Shown here piece after piece: positions 40,547-50,751 of a stretch of 64,000 nt of DNA (the stretch's first letter is position 1; each line of letters opens with the position of its first letter). The notes beneath the pieces are model-generated. The model worked only from the letters and a program-made list of their open reading frames with translations. It made no database searches and had not been told where the DNA came from. The translations under genes were made by a program, and so were the position numbers. This DNA comes from an uncultured Methylomirabilota bacterium. Lineage in GTDB: Bacteria; Methylomirabilota; Methylomirabilia; Methylomirabilales; 2-02-FULL-66-22. The stretch lies in assembly GCA_963845565.1 (NCBI GenBank), contig CAWJSJ010000005.1, positions 736,001 to 800,000 on the forward strand, written 5' to 3'.

Positions 40547-41244
40547 ATCGACAGCCCGGGAAGGTGCAGGCCGCGTGACGCCAGCCATCGGTTGAGAGTG
40601 AAATCGGTTCTCAGGATTGCAACCAGGCACCTGGTCGTGGGGTGTGTTTCCGAGAGCCGCCACGCGCCGATTCCTCCTACCATGCCATGGAGGCGGAACC
40701 TCGCCAGGAGCACCTGGGCGCATCTTATCAGGAAAAGCGAGCTGAAGAAATGGAATGACTGCGCGGAATCGACCCTCAGGCCCCGCAGCAACTCATGCAG
40801 TTGCGCGCGGCCGTATCTCCTCAGGTGTTTCAGGCGGACGTCGTGGGCCGAGAACAGAAAGCCGTAGGCGGGGACGGTGACCAGAAGGCGTCCCCCGGGT
40901 CGCAGTTTTTCCACGGTTTCGGCGACAAGGCGCCCGTCATCTCGCTCGTGCTCCAGGACATCCATGAGAAACGCGAGGTCGAGACTTGCGTCGGGAATGG
41001 CAGCCAGGTTCCGGCGCAGGAGGATTCCGTCGATCTCGGCGGACGCGGTATACCCTGTGTCCACCGCAAAGACCTCCGCGCGCGCGTGCCCCCGCAGGCG
41101 GCGCGCGAAAAACAGATCACCTGCGCCGACATCGCCGATCCGGGTAACATCGCTCATCTCGATCAGGCGCAGCAAACAGTCGGCCCTGGCCAGCTCCCAG
41201 GGGTGACGCGCCATGTGACCCGCCGGAATTTCTCTCAGATCCAT
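40513..41244 (-). CDS. Class I SAM-dependent methyltransferase
   Basis: HPWE, DVGAG, MDVLEH, VTVPA...HD...HLRRY. Confidence 0.85.
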   Translation of the reverse strand: MDLREIPAGHMARHPWELARADCLLRLIEMSDVTRIGDVGAGDLFFARRLRGHARAEVFAVDTGYTASAEIDGILLRRNLAAIPDASLDLAFLMDVLEHERDDGRLVAETVEKLRPGGRLLVTVPAYGFLFSAHDVRLKHLRRYGRAQLHELLRGLRVDSAQSFHFFSSLFLIRCAQVLLARFRLHGMVGGIGAWRLSETHPTTRCLVAILRTDFTLNRWLASRGLHLPGLSICLTARKKPVS

Positions 41245-41254
41245 TATCCGCCGC

Positions 41255-42349
41255 TCAGTGATCCAGGACTTCCGCGTACACCCCCTCGACGCCGTCCACA
41301 TGCCGGCGGATGGTGAAGCGTGCCAGGGCGTGGGTGTGCGCCGCCTGGCCCATGGCGCGCCGGCGATCGGGGTCGCCCAAGAGCGTGGTCACGGCGTGGG
41401 CCAGGGCGGCGGGGTCGTCCGGAGGGACGAGGAGACCGGTCTGACCGTCGACTACGACTTCCGGGATCCCGCCCACGCGGCTGGCGACGGCCGGGATCGC
41501 CAGGAAGGCGGCCTCCACCAGAACACGGCCAAACCCCTCCGATCGCGAAGGCAGCGCGATGAGGTCCGCCTCCCCGAACGCCGGCCGCGGATCCGGCATC
41601 CAGGGTCGAAACTCCACGGCGTCTCCCACCCCGAGTCTCTCGGCAAGGCCGCGGAGGCGTTCAGCTTCGCCCGCCACGTCGGCTCCGACGAAGAGGACGC
41701 GGACCGACGGAACCCGGCGTCGGACCAGGGGTATCGCCTGGAGGAGCGTGGCCTGCCCCTTCTCCGGGGACAGCCGGCCGACACAGAGGACCGTGGGGAG
41801 CGCATCCGTCCGCGCGCGAGACTCCGAGGGCGCCCAGTACGCCGGGTCCACGCCGTTGTAGACGACGCGGACCTTCTCCGTCTGGCGTCGGCCGTCGAAC
41901 CGGGATGTCACCGCCGTGGAGATGGTGATGACGCGGGTCGACAGCCGCAGAAGGAGCCCGTCCAGCCACGGGTCCCGCTCGGCGATCCGGACATGCCAGA
42001 TCACCGGCACGCGAGAACGGCGGGCCGCCAGGCCGGCGTAGAGCGTCCCGCGGCTGCCGTGCGTGTGCACGAGGCGCACGCCGGTCGCGATCAGAAGGGA
42101 TCGGAGGGTTCGGAGGGAGCGCGAGGCGGCGCGCAGGCTCCACGGACGGAGCGGCGGCAGCGCGAGTATGGTGACCGGGATCCCCAGGGCGCGGAGGGCG
42201 TCGGCGACCTCCCCGTCGGCAGGGACGACAGCGTGCGGGAGGAAGCGGTCCCGGTTCAGGCCGCGGGCGAGCGCCAGGAAGCTTTCCTCGCCGCCGCCCA
42301 CGCGGTCGGCGAAATTGGCGACCAGGAGCATGCGGACCGGGTCAGGCAT
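41255..42349 (-). CDS. Glycosyltransferase family 4
   Basis: GGGEES, VGRLSPEKG, EGFGRVLVEA. Confidence 0.9.
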   Translation of the reverse strand: MPDPVRMLLVANFADRVGGGEESFLALARGLNRDRFLPHAVVPADGEVADALRALGIPVTILALPPLRPWSLRAASRSLRTLRSLLIATGVRLVHTHGSRGTLYAGLAARRSRVPVIWHVRIAERDPWLDGLLLRLSTRVITISTAVTSRFDGRRQTEKVRVVYNGVDPAYWAPSESRARTDALPTVLCVGRLSPEKGQATLLQAIPLVRRRVPSVRVLFVGADVAGEAERLRGLAERLGVGDAVEFRPWMPDPRPAFGEADLIALPSRSEGFGRVLVEAAFLAIPAVASRVGGIPEVVVDGQTGLLVPPDDPAALAHAVTTLLGDPDRRRAMGQAAHTHALARFTIRRHVDGVEGVYAEVLDH

Positions 42350-43850
42350 TCGGGATGACCTCCAGCAACCGAAGCCGCCGTATTCCAAGCCCGTCAAAGT
42401 CCCGCAGGATGCGGAAACCGGCCGGAGGCGGGGCGTACACCAACGGCCAGAGCTTGGGGCGATCCGCCAGCCACCGGTCGTCGAGAACGACGATGGTCGC
42501 CCCGTTGCGGCGCGCCAACGCCAGCAGCTCGGCGGGCGGGATATCCGGAAGGGGAACAACCCGGCGGCCGCCATAGAAGCCCACGAAGGGCTTGCGGTCG
42601 AGGAGCGGAGCATCCGTGGAGGCTTTGCCGGCGAGCCACGCGGCCGCGTGGCGATAGACGGCAAGATCCGGATCCGGCCGCAGGAGCGGACGCAGGGTGA
42701 AGGGCAGTGTGGCCAGGACCACGACGGTCAGTATGGTCGCCAGCCAGCGGGTGGTGTCCCGTTCCCGGCCCGCCCAATGCGCAGTGGCACGTATCCCCCC
42801 AGCGACGAGGGGCAGGAGAAAGGGCAGCACGGGGAGAAACACGCGCGTTTCCACGTGGAACGCCAGGGTGGCCAGCGGCGGCACGCTGGCCAGAAGCAGG
42901 AAGCCCTCGCGATCCCACCATCCGGACCGCCTCGCGGCCGCCAGGACCCCCGGGAGCAACAACAGGACCAGCACGCCGGGAAAGAGCTCCGGGAGGACGT
43001 ACTTCGCCAGAAGAATCGTGTTCTCCACGAAGCGCCAGGCGATGGGGACCGCATGATCCGCCAGATACCCAAGGTCGGTGTGGTCCGATGCGGGCAAGCG
43101 GCCGGTGTCCTGGACCAGGTTGTGGAGTACCTTGCCGGTGAGCGTCCAGCGCCCGAGCGTGTGACGCAGGTACACCCAGTACGGACCGGCACACGCGAGG
43201 AATCCCAGACCGGCGAGTATCAGGGGACCTAGAACCCCCCGTTCCTTTGGCGCGCGACTCCCGCGGTAGACCGCCCATCCGAGGAGTCCGAGGAGGTACA
43301 GGAACGCCTCGGGGCGAACGAGGTAGGCCAGTCCCAGCGCAATCCCGGCGGCCGGGAGCGTCCACGGACGCCCGGCGGTGCAGGCTCGATGACCGATCCA
43401 GACCGCCAGGATGAGCCAGAAGGTGTAGATCGCCTCGGAGAGAACCGACGCCCCGCTGAGGACGAGGGCGGGGTGGATGGAAAGGAGTCCAGCCGTGACC
43501 AGCGCGGAGGCGGGCCCCAGGATGACCCTCGCCAGCGCGTAGGCGGGAAGGATCAGTGCCGTGCCGAAGAGTGCGGACACGAGTCGGCCGGCCGCCTCCA
43601 GATCGACGGCGAGCGGTGCCGTCAGCGCGATCGCCACCGAATACAGGGGATGGAACAGGGGGTCCCAGGGGATGCCGGACGCGCGAAACTGCTCGGCGAT
43701 GCGGACGTACTGAACCCCGTCGGTCTCGATGACGGGAATGGCCGCGGCCACCCATCGGCGCAGGGCGAACGCGAGCAAGAGGAGCGTGGCGAGCACCCCC
43801 GCCTCCATCCCGCTCCAGGGACGTTCCCCGCTCTCAGGAAGCTCCCCCAT
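42342..43850 (-). CDS. GT-C (ArnT/GT39-like) multi-TM glycosyltransferase
   Basis: TDGVQY loop, HPLY, LSE, LVRPE, many TM helices. Confidence 0.8.
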   Translation of the reverse strand: MGELPESGERPWSGMEAGVLATLLLLAFALRRWVAAAIPVIETDGVQYVRIAEQFRASGIPWDPLFHPLYSVAIALTAPLAVDLEAAGRLVSALFGTALILPAYALARVILGPASALVTAGLLSIHPALVLSGASVLSEAIYTFWLILAVWIGHRACTAGRPWTLPAAGIALGLAYLVRPEAFLYLLGLLGWAVYRGSRAPKERGVLGPLILAGLGFLACAGPYWVYLRHTLGRWTLTGKVLHNLVQDTGRLPASDHTDLGYLADHAVPIAWRFVENTILLAKYVLPELFPGVLVLLLLPGVLAAARRSGWWDREGFLLLASVPPLATLAFHVETRVFLPVLPFLLPLVAGGIRATAHWAGRERDTTRWLATILTVVVLATLPFTLRPLLRPDPDLAVYRHAAAWLAGKASTDAPLLDRKPFVGFYGGRRVVPLPDIPPAELLALARRNGATIVVLDDRWLADRPKLWPLVYAPPPAGFRILRDFDGLGIRRLRLLEVIPNA

Positions 43851-44676
43851 TGGATCCTTCCTCTATCGGACCGCGCTCTGCGTCGCCGTCCGGAGCGGCC
43901 ACGGCCCCCGGACGAGTCAACTCCCAGAGTTTGGCGTAGTTGCAGAAGGTCACGATTGCCGCCATGGCGGACAGGACCAGACCGTGCCTTCCTTCTCGAA
44001 ACCCCATCTGCAGGATGTACTTCCGGAGGAAGACGGTCAACGGTTTGGCGACGAAATACCAGGGGGTCCGCCAGGCCGTCAGGCGAACGCCTCGCCGAGC
44101 CAACATCCGCGCATCGAAGGCCGTATACAGGTTCATCTTTCGGATGTGTTCGGCGAGAGAGTCGTAGCTGTAGTGGAGGAGGTCGCCGGCCAGGTCGCCG
44201 ACCGAGCCGTCCACCACCACCTCTTCATGCACGAAGGCGTCGGTGAATCGTCCGGCCCCAGCGCGGAACAACCGCAGGACCGGGTTGGGGTACCAGCCGC
44301 AGTGCCGGATAAAACGGCCGAGGTAGTTGGTGAGGCGAGGCATGCGGTATCCCGCGTGGACCGAGGGCCCGGCCACAGCGCGGACGATGGAGTCGTGCAG
44401 GTCCGGGGTCACCACCTCGTCGGCATCGAGGCTCAGGATCCACGGCCGGGAGGCATGGCGGATGGCGAAGTTCTTCTGGTCTCCGAATCCGCAGGTCATC
44501 GTCCGCGAGATCACCGCGGCGCCGTATTCGCGGCAGACAGCCGGAGTGCCATCCGTGCTGTGCTGGTCCACGACGATGATCTCCTCGGCCCAGCGGACGC
44601 TCTCCAGGCATCGCCGAATCCGGCGCGCCTCATTCCGGGTGATGATGATCACGGAGATGCCGTCGGGCTCAGGCAT
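43834..44676 (-). CDS. GT2 (WaaE/KdtX-like)
   Basis: ITRNE, STDGT, LDADE, VHE. Confidence 0.88.
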   Translation of the reverse strand: MPEPDGISVIIITRNEARRIRRCLESVRWAEEIIVVDQHSTDGTPAVCREYGAAVISRTMTCGFGDQKNFAIRHASRPWILSLDADEVVTPDLHDSIVRAVAGPSVHAGYRMPRLTNYLGRFIRHCGWYPNPVLRLFRAGAGRFTDAFVHEEVVVDGSVGDLAGDLLHYSYDSLAEHIRKMNLYTAFDARMLARRGVRLTAWRTPWYFVAKPLTVFLRKYILQMGFREGRHGLVLSAMAAIVTFCNYAKLWELTRPGAVAAPDGDAERGPIEEGSNGGAS

Positions 44677-45448
44677 GTTCACCGTCCTCGCGAGATGGTC
44701 GGACTCCTCGAACGATGAGGTCCTCCCCAAACAGGAGTGCCGGCGACAGCAGTTGGCCGGCCACCTGGTCCGTTCGTCGTGTGAGTCGGGTTATCAGGCC
44801 CGCTACCGACGCGACCACGGTCAGTGCCGGCCGAGCCCATGGTGCCCACCCTGTCGTGTCGCGCAGCGCCACCCGAATGTCCCGATTGGTGGCCACGTCC
44901 GTGATCCGGAGACCGGCGCGTGCAAAAAGATACCGGAGTTCGGGGTATCCCACGGGGTTGATGTGCCCCTTGGCGCCATGGAATGCCGTCTCGCGGCTGC
45001 CCGACAGGGTGTCGAAGAAGTCGCACGTCCCCAGCAGCAGGAAGTGGAGGCGAGAGTAGACGTTGAGGATGTTCGGGGTGGTCACGACGAACGCCCCGCC
45101 GGGCCGCAGGATGCGGGCAAACTCACGCGCGAGGTGATGGGGGTTCTCGAGGTGTTCGAGCACCTCGGAGGACACGACACCGTCAAAGGAGGCGTCGACA
45201 AACGGGAGGCGCGCGGCGAGGTCCGCCCGGATGCACGGCACGCCGGAAGCACGGAAGCGCGACGGGCTGACATCGCACGCCACGACCCGGTACCCCCGGC
45301 GGCGCAAGGCATCGCTCAGCGCCCCCTCTCCCGCTCCGGCATCCAGGATCCGAGCGGTCCCACCGGAAGGAAACCAGGCGAGGATGGTCTCGTGGACGTT
45401 GGGTTGGGTGTCCGGGCGGGGCGACCCGGCCGTCGGGAGGTCACTCAT
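44669..45448 (-). CDS. Class I SAM-dependent methyltransferase
   Basis: ILDAGAGEG, EVLEHL, TTPN. Confidence 0.88.
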   Translation of the reverse strand: MSDLPTAGSPRPDTQPNVHETILAWFPSGGTARILDAGAGEGALSDALRRRGYRVVACDVSPSRFRASGVPCIRADLAARLPFVDASFDGVVSSEVLEHLENPHHLAREFARILRPGGAFVVTTPNILNVYSRLHFLLLGTCDFFDTLSGSRETAFHGAKGHINPVGYPELRYLFARAGLRITDVATNRDIRVALRDTTGWAPWARPALTVVASVAGLITRLTRRTDQVAGQLLSPALLFGEDLIVRGVRPSREDGEHA

Positions 45449-46560
45449 CGGTTTCTCGCGATCGTTTCATACAATGCGATCGTCTGGAGCGCACTGTCCT
45501 GCCACGACCATTTCGAGGCGGACAGCGCGCGCGCAGCCTGGGCCATGCGTACGGCCGCGGCCCGGTTCTCCAGGAGGTCGCACACCGCCGCCGCCATCGC
45601 TTCAGGCGCATGGGCGGGGACCAGGCGAGCAGTGATCCCGTCGCGGAGGAACTCGCTGAAGGCGCCCACTGCCGTGGCCACCACTGGGGTTCCCAGGCTG
45701 CACGCGAGGCGCAGCGACGCGCTGTCGGTGATGTCGGAATAATTAAAGACGGCCAGGTCCGTGGCGGCGAAGTACAGAGCCACCTCCGCGTGGGGGACAT
45801 ACCGGGGCCGGAACTCCACGGCGTCCGAGACCCCCGCCCGGGAAATGGCCTCGTGATACTCGGCCTCCGTCCCCACCAGCAGCGGGCCGGCGACCACCAG
45901 GCGCGCATCGGGGTGACGTTCGCGGACCAGGGCGAGAACCCGGAAGAGTTCGGTGAGTCCTTTGTAGGGGCGTATGGCACCGAATGCCAGCAGGAGCGGA
46001 CCGGAAGAGGGAAGCCGTAAACGGCCGCGCGCGGCGGAGGGTGAGGGGAGCGGTGCGGGCGCGAAGAATCCGAACTCGCCAAGATGGATCAAGGCGACCA
46101 CGGGGCGCACGCCCAGTCGCCGGGTCGCAATCCGGACACTCTCGGCGGTATGCGCCACCAGGGCGTCCGCCGCACGAAAGCTGCGCCAGGTCGTCCACGC
46201 TTCCCACGGGCTGCTCTCGTGGCTGCGGATGTTGTGGGCGGTCATGACCAGCGGGGCCCGGCGTCGGGCGGCCGGCCACAGGAAAGCGTCGAAACGGGAC
46301 GACAGCAGGCTCTGGACGTGGATGATGTCCGGAGCGAGTCGGTCGAGGGTGTCCAGGAGGAGTCGAGCGCTCTTCAGGTAGCGCCGTCCGGCGGTGAAGC
46401 AGGGTTCGACCTGGAAACGCCGGGGAAGGCTCGCCAGTTCGAACGCCGAATTGGTCAAGAGGTGGACGTCAACCCCCGCCGCCGCGAGGGCTTCGCACAG
46501 GTTCCAGGCGTAGTGCCCGATACCGCCCCATCCCCCGGTTTCGACCATGGCGACTCTCAC
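45445..46560 (-). CDS. Glycosyltransferase family 4
   Basis: GGIGHY, FGAIRPYKG. Confidence 0.88.
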   Translation of the reverse strand: MRVAMVETGGWGGIGHYAWNLCEALAAAGVDVHLLTNSAFELASLPRRFQVEPCFTAGRRYLKSARLLLDTLDRLAPDIIHVQSLLSSRFDAFLWPAARRRAPLVMTAHNIRSHESSPWEAWTTWRSFRAADALVAHTAESVRIATRRLGVRPVVALIHLGEFGFFAPAPLPSPSAARGRLRLPSSGPLLLAFGAIRPYKGLTELFRVLALVRERHPDARLVVAGPLLVGTEAEYHEAISRAGVSDAVEFRPRYVPHAEVALYFAATDLAVFNYSDITDSASLRLACSLGTPVVATAVGAFSEFLRDGITARLVPAHAPEAMAAAVCDLLENRAAAVRMAQAARALSASKWSWQDSALQTIALYETIARNR

Positions 46561-47567
46561 GGCCGACCCTCCCCCGAGCCGGGGTCGGCGACGGCGCCCG
46601 GCAACTGCCTCAGCAAACGAAAGCAGGCGGCGAGCTTGGGGCCGAGGAGGTGCGCGCGCCGGTGGGAGACCGGCAGATATTTCAGCGCGAGCGCGGGCAT
46701 GCGCGCGAGCGTGTACAGGCCGACGGCTGTTGCGAGAATTCCCGCCGGGACGATTCCCCGGTGCTTCCGGAAATACCGAATATAGCCCAGAAAGTACTCG
46801 ACCTCTCGGACGGAGGTCTGGAGCGTGCTGGCGCCGTGCCAGTGGGCCGCCGCGGCGGTGGGGCAGAAGGCGACGCCATACCCCGCGTCCTGGAGCCGAC
46901 GACAGAGGTCGGTCTCTTCAAAGTACATCCGGAACTCGTCGTCGAATCCGCCGATGCGTCGGAAGGCCTCCCCGCGGATGAGCATGGCGGCCCCGGACAC
47001 CGCCTGGACGGCGGCGGGTTGCGCGACGTCCAATTCACTGTAGTAAAACCGCCGGACCCAGCGGTTTCCAGGAAACAGGGCATGGAACGCAGACAATTCG
47101 CCGAGCGCGAATCCGAGTGTAGGGAACCGCTTGCAGGACGGTTGCGGCTTCCCGTCGCGGCCCGTGAGGCGGGGGCCAACCGCGCCGCACTGCGGGTGGT
47201 CGTCCAGGAAACGACGGAGGGCGATCAGGCTGTCCGGATCGAGCAGGACATCCCCGTTGAGCGCACACAGGTAGCCCGCCGGGAAAACTTGAAAGGCCCG
47301 GTTCAGCGCCACTCCGTATCCCGGGTTGTCCGGATAGCTCACGACCGGCACCTCGGGGTGCGCCGCGCGCAACGCCTCGCAGGTACCGTCGCGGGACCCG
47401 TTGTCCACCACGACAACCTGGGCCAAGAGGCCCGCGGACGCCCGTCGGGCCGCCGTCACGGCTTGCAGGGTCAGGTCTTGCGTATTGTAGCTGACGATGA
47501 TGACAGCCGTGTCCCTCATTGCCGTGCCGGGATTCTCCGCGGCTCGCTGCCCGTGCGCAGCGTTCAT
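46557..47567 (-). CDS. GT2 (WbbL-like)
   Basis: IIVSYN, DNGSRDG, SGAAML, FDDEFRMYFEETD. Confidence 0.88.
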   Translation of the reverse strand: MNAAHGQRAAENPGTAMRDTAVIIVSYNTQDLTLQAVTAARRASAGLLAQVVVVDNGSRDGTCEALRAAHPEVPVVSYPDNPGYGVALNRAFQVFPAGYLCALNGDVLLDPDSLIALRRFLDDHPQCGAVGPRLTGRDGKPQPSCKRFPTLGFALGELSAFHALFPGNRWVRRFYYSELDVAQPAAVQAVSGAAMLIRGEAFRRIGGFDDEFRMYFEETDLCRRLQDAGYGVAFCPTAAAAHWHGASTLQTSVREVEYFLGYIRYFRKHRGIVPAGILATAVGLYTLARMPALALKYLPVSHRRAHLLGPKLAACFRLLRQLPGAVADPGSGEGRP

Positions 47568-48283
47568 GCCTCGACCCGCCGCGCCTTGGCGATCAGCGAC
47601 AGATTCCGCATCGGACAGCAGCGCATGCTGAGCTCCCCGACGGCCCGCAACACGCGGCTGGTGGACGTCGGCAGATCTCCGACGGAGAACAGGGCCTCCA
47701 CGTGGAACCCGGCCTCTCCCAGCGCGGCGCGCAGCGTGCGCGGCGCGAAGTACCGGACATGGCCGTTCTCCCCGGCGCGGTGATCCACGAAAAAGAACTG
47801 CTGCTGCCGGGCCCATTGCAGGAGGTTTCGCCAGTACGCGAGGTTGGGCGTGGTGAGCAGCAAGACGCCGCGCGGACGGAGGATACGCCGACACTCCCCG
47901 AGGAAGCCGAGCGTGTCGAGCAGGTGCTCGACGACTTCCCCGGCGAACACCACGTCGAACTCCCCGTCCGCGAAGGGGACGCCGTGTGCGATGTCGTATT
48001 GCCGATATTCGAAATCCGGCGACACCGCCGCGGGATCGAGGCAGTCGATTCCGCAGCGGCGGATTGCCGCGGGAATCCGCCCGAGGAGTTCTCCCCGACT
48101 GCACCCGATATCCAGGACGGCAGCCGGATGCTCAGCCAACGCCAATGGGAGCACCGACGCGGCGCGACGGTCGAAGGTGACATCGCGGGGTTGCGCGGCA
48201 AAGATCGCCGCATTCTCGGCGTGGGTCGTCATGGGTTCCATCGGCGTCGCGTCGGCCGGCGGCGTCCGGGGTTGACGAGGCAT
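47564..48283 (-). CDS. Class I SAM-dependent methyltransferase
   Basis: VLDIGCSRG, GEVVEHL, TTPN. Confidence 0.85.
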   Translation of the reverse strand: MPRQPRTPPADATPMEPMTTHAENAAIFAAQPRDVTFDRRAASVLPLALAEHPAAVLDIGCSRGELLGRIPAAIRRCGIDCLDPAAVSPDFEYRQYDIAHGVPFADGEFDVVFAGEVVEHLLDTLGFLGECRRILRPRGVLLLTTPNLAYWRNLLQWARQQQFFFVDHRAGENGHVRYFAPRTLRAALGEAGFHVEALFSVGDLPTSTSRVLRAVGELSMRCCPMRNLSLIAKARRVEA

Positions 48284-48287
48284 GCCC

Positions 48288-49256
48288 TCACTCTCCCTCG
48301 GGGCGTGCGGGGACGGCGGCGAGGCGGGCAGCAAGACACTGGAACAGCATCCACCAGGCCGTCCGCTGCGCCGGCCACACGCGCACCGAGTTCCAGAGGC
48401 GCCGGGACGCCTCCGACCACCTGCGCTGGCGGGCGAGTTGGTATCCGTGCCAGTTATGGGTGTCGGCGACCAGGCGACGGCCGGCCGGGCCGAGCGCGCG
48501 GATCTGCTCGGCGAAACGCACCCTGGCCCGGTCGAGCAGCGCGAACCGGCGCCGGTCCCTGGCGGCGGGGTCGGCCGAGAGGCTTCCGGCGTGCACCAGG
48601 CACCCCCCGAGGACATCGGGCGCGTAGGACGCCTCGAATCGGTCCGCGAGACGCAACAGGAACTCCCAATCCTCCAGTCCGACCATCTCAGGGTCTTCGT
48701 CGAACGCCCCCACCGCGTCCAGGCAGGTCCGCCGAAACAAGGGGGCGTGCACGGGAATGAAGTTCCCGTGGATCAGCTGCGGGAAGAGCCACCCCCCGAG
48801 CCGGGGGCGCGCGGCGTACCCGAAGCGTGCCGAGGCCAAGCCGACGGGTCCGCCCTTCTCGTCCACATATTCGATGTCGCAATACGTCCAGGGCGCAGCG
48901 GCGTGCTCCCACACGAGGGGCAGTTGCCGCTCCAGCTTGTGCGGGAGAATCCAGTCGTCCGCGTCGAGGAACATCACCACCTCGCCGCGGGCATGCGCCA
49001 GACCAAGGTTCCGCGCAGCCGCGGGCCCGCGATTGGCCTGCGCGAACCAGCGCACCCGATCCCCAAAGCCCCGGAGCGCCTCCGCGGTGCCGTCGGTCGA
49101 GCCATCGTCCACCACGATGAGGTCCAGGGCACGATGGGTCTGCGACAGGACGCTCTTCACCGCCCGGCCGACAAATGGCGCGGCGTTGAACGCCGGAATG
49201 ACGACGGACACGATCGGTGTGTTCATCGTTCGATGGCCGTTCCCCTTCACCGGCAC
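48288..49256 (-). CDS. Glycosyltransferase family 2
   Basis: VSVVIPAFN, DDGSTD, ARNLG, FLDADD, EDW. Confidence 0.9.
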   Translation of the reverse strand: MPVKGNGHRTMNTPIVSVVIPAFNAAPFVGRAVKSVLSQTHRALDLIVVDDGSTDGTAEALRGFGDRVRWFAQANRGPAAARNLGLAHARGEVVMFLDADDWILPHKLERQLPLVWEHAAAPWTYCDIEYVDEKGGPVGLASARFGYAARPRLGGWLFPQLIHGNFIPVHAPLFRRTCLDAVGAFDEDPEMVGLEDWEFLLRLADRFEASYAPDVLGGCLVHAGSLSADPAARDRRRFALLDRARVRFAEQIRALGPAGRRLVADTHNWHGYQLARQRRWSEASRRLWNSVRVWPAQRTAWWMLFQCLAARLAAVPARPEGE

Positions 49257-49296
49257 GCCGCAGACGGCCGCGCCGCGCCCTGCCCGCTATGCGGCC

Positions 49297-50748
49297 TCAC
49301 GACCACGCTCGCCTGCAATCCTCGAGGACCTCGTATCTCCAGGCCGATCCGCTGAGATACCCAAGCAGCGCCGCGTACGCCACGCAGGCCCCGGCCAGGC
49401 CAAGCCCGAGATTGGCGGAGGTGTCTGCCCACCACTGCGACCCCACGAAGAAGACCAGGGCGCTCAGGCTCGCTGCTGCGAGCGGCGCCCGAATCGCGGA
49501 CACCAGCTTGAGCTGCCAGGGGCGCAACACAACACACGCCGCTCCGGCCATGATGATCGATGCGAGGAAGCTGGCGGCAGCAAACCCCACGAACCCGACC
49601 AGGGCGACCAGGGCGGTGGCGAGCGCCCACACCGCGGTGGCCCACAGGAGATTCAAATAGAGCACGGTCTTCGCCTGCCCCAAGCCGTAGAGGCCCTGCA
49701 GCAGGAGGTTCACGGGTCCGCCGACGACCGCGGTGAGGCAAAACAAGCGGACGGCAGGAACGGAGGGAAGCCAGGCGCTGCCATAGAGGGCCGGAATCAC
49801 GCGGTCCGCGCTCACCAGCAGCAGCAAGGCTGCCGGAAAGAGGATCGCAGCCACGCGATTGAGCGCGCGCTCCAGCGCGCGCGCGAATGCCTCCGGATTC
49901 TGTTGCAGGGCCGAGAGCGCCGGAAACAGCACCCGACCGGCCACCGCGATCACCTGAAGCGGCATGAACGCCACGCTGGCCGCCCAATTCAGGAACCCCG
50001 CGGCCGCCACACCGCTCCAGGACACGACCAGCGTCGGGACGACGGAATCTCGGGCGGCAATGACCAGCGCGCTTCCCTGAAACGACGCGCCGAACCGCAG
50101 GAGGGGCGCGAGGTCGCGCCATCTCCACCGCAGCGCGGGCCGCCACCGGGTTGCGAGGAGCAAGGCGCTCAGCCCAAGGCAGCGACCCGCCACCGCCCCG
50201 ACCACGAAGCTCCACACGCCGGCGCCTGCCACGGCAAGCGCGACCGCGACCGCGAAATAGGTCACGGTCTCGATGGTCTCCGACGCCATGAGAGGCAGAT
50301 ACGACAACTCGCGCTCCAGCATCACGGCGGAGGGAGTGCGGAGTGCCGCCAAAGGCAGCACGAGGCTGAGTGTGCGGAGCGGGCCAATGGCGTCGGCAGG
50401 GAGATGCAGCCAGCGGGTGAGCGTCGGCGCCAACGCAACCAAGGCCGCCCCCAGCACCACGGCCAGGGCCAGCTGGGCCGTAAAAGCAACCTGCAGCGGC
50501 ATCGCGGTTGCCGATGCCGGGCGCTGAACCAGGGCCGCCCCCACACCGAGGTCCCCGCACGTCGAGGCCAGGGCAACGACAAACCCGACGACGGCATACA
50601 CGCCAAACGTTTCGGGCGTCAGATAACGCGCCAGGAGGATGCCGCCCCCGGCGGTGATCAACAGGCTGCAGGCCCGCTGACCGGCGACCAGCAGGAACCC
50701 TCGCAGGGTTCGGGCGCGAATGTCTTGATGAACAGCGATGGCCAGCAA
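49297..50748 (-). CDS. wzx: Oligosaccharide flippase
   Basis: LARYLTPETFG, DLG..AALVQ, polytopic membrane protein. Confidence 0.88.
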   Translation of the reverse strand: MLAIAVHQDIRARTLRGFLLVAGQRACSLLITAGGGILLARYLTPETFGVYAVVGFVVALASTCGDLGVGAALVQRPASATAMPLQVAFTAQLALAVVLGAALVALAPTLTRWLHLPADAIGPLRTLSLVLPLAALRTPSAVMLERELSYLPLMASETIETVTYFAVAVALAVAGAGVWSFVVGAVAGRCLGLSALLLATRWRPALRWRWRDLAPLLRFGASFQGSALVIAARDSVVPTLVVSWSGVAAAGFLNWAASVAFMPLQVIAVAGRVLFPALSALQQNPEAFARALERALNRVAAILFPAALLLLVSADRVIPALYGSAWLPSVPAVRLFCLTAVVGGPVNLLLQGLYGLGQAKTVLYLNLLWATAVWALATALVALVGFVGFAAASFLASIIMAGAACVVLRPWQLKLVSAIRAPLAAASLSALVFFVGSQWWADTSANLGLGLAGACVAYAALLGYLSGSAWRYEVLEDCRRAWS

Positions 50749-50751
50749 CTC

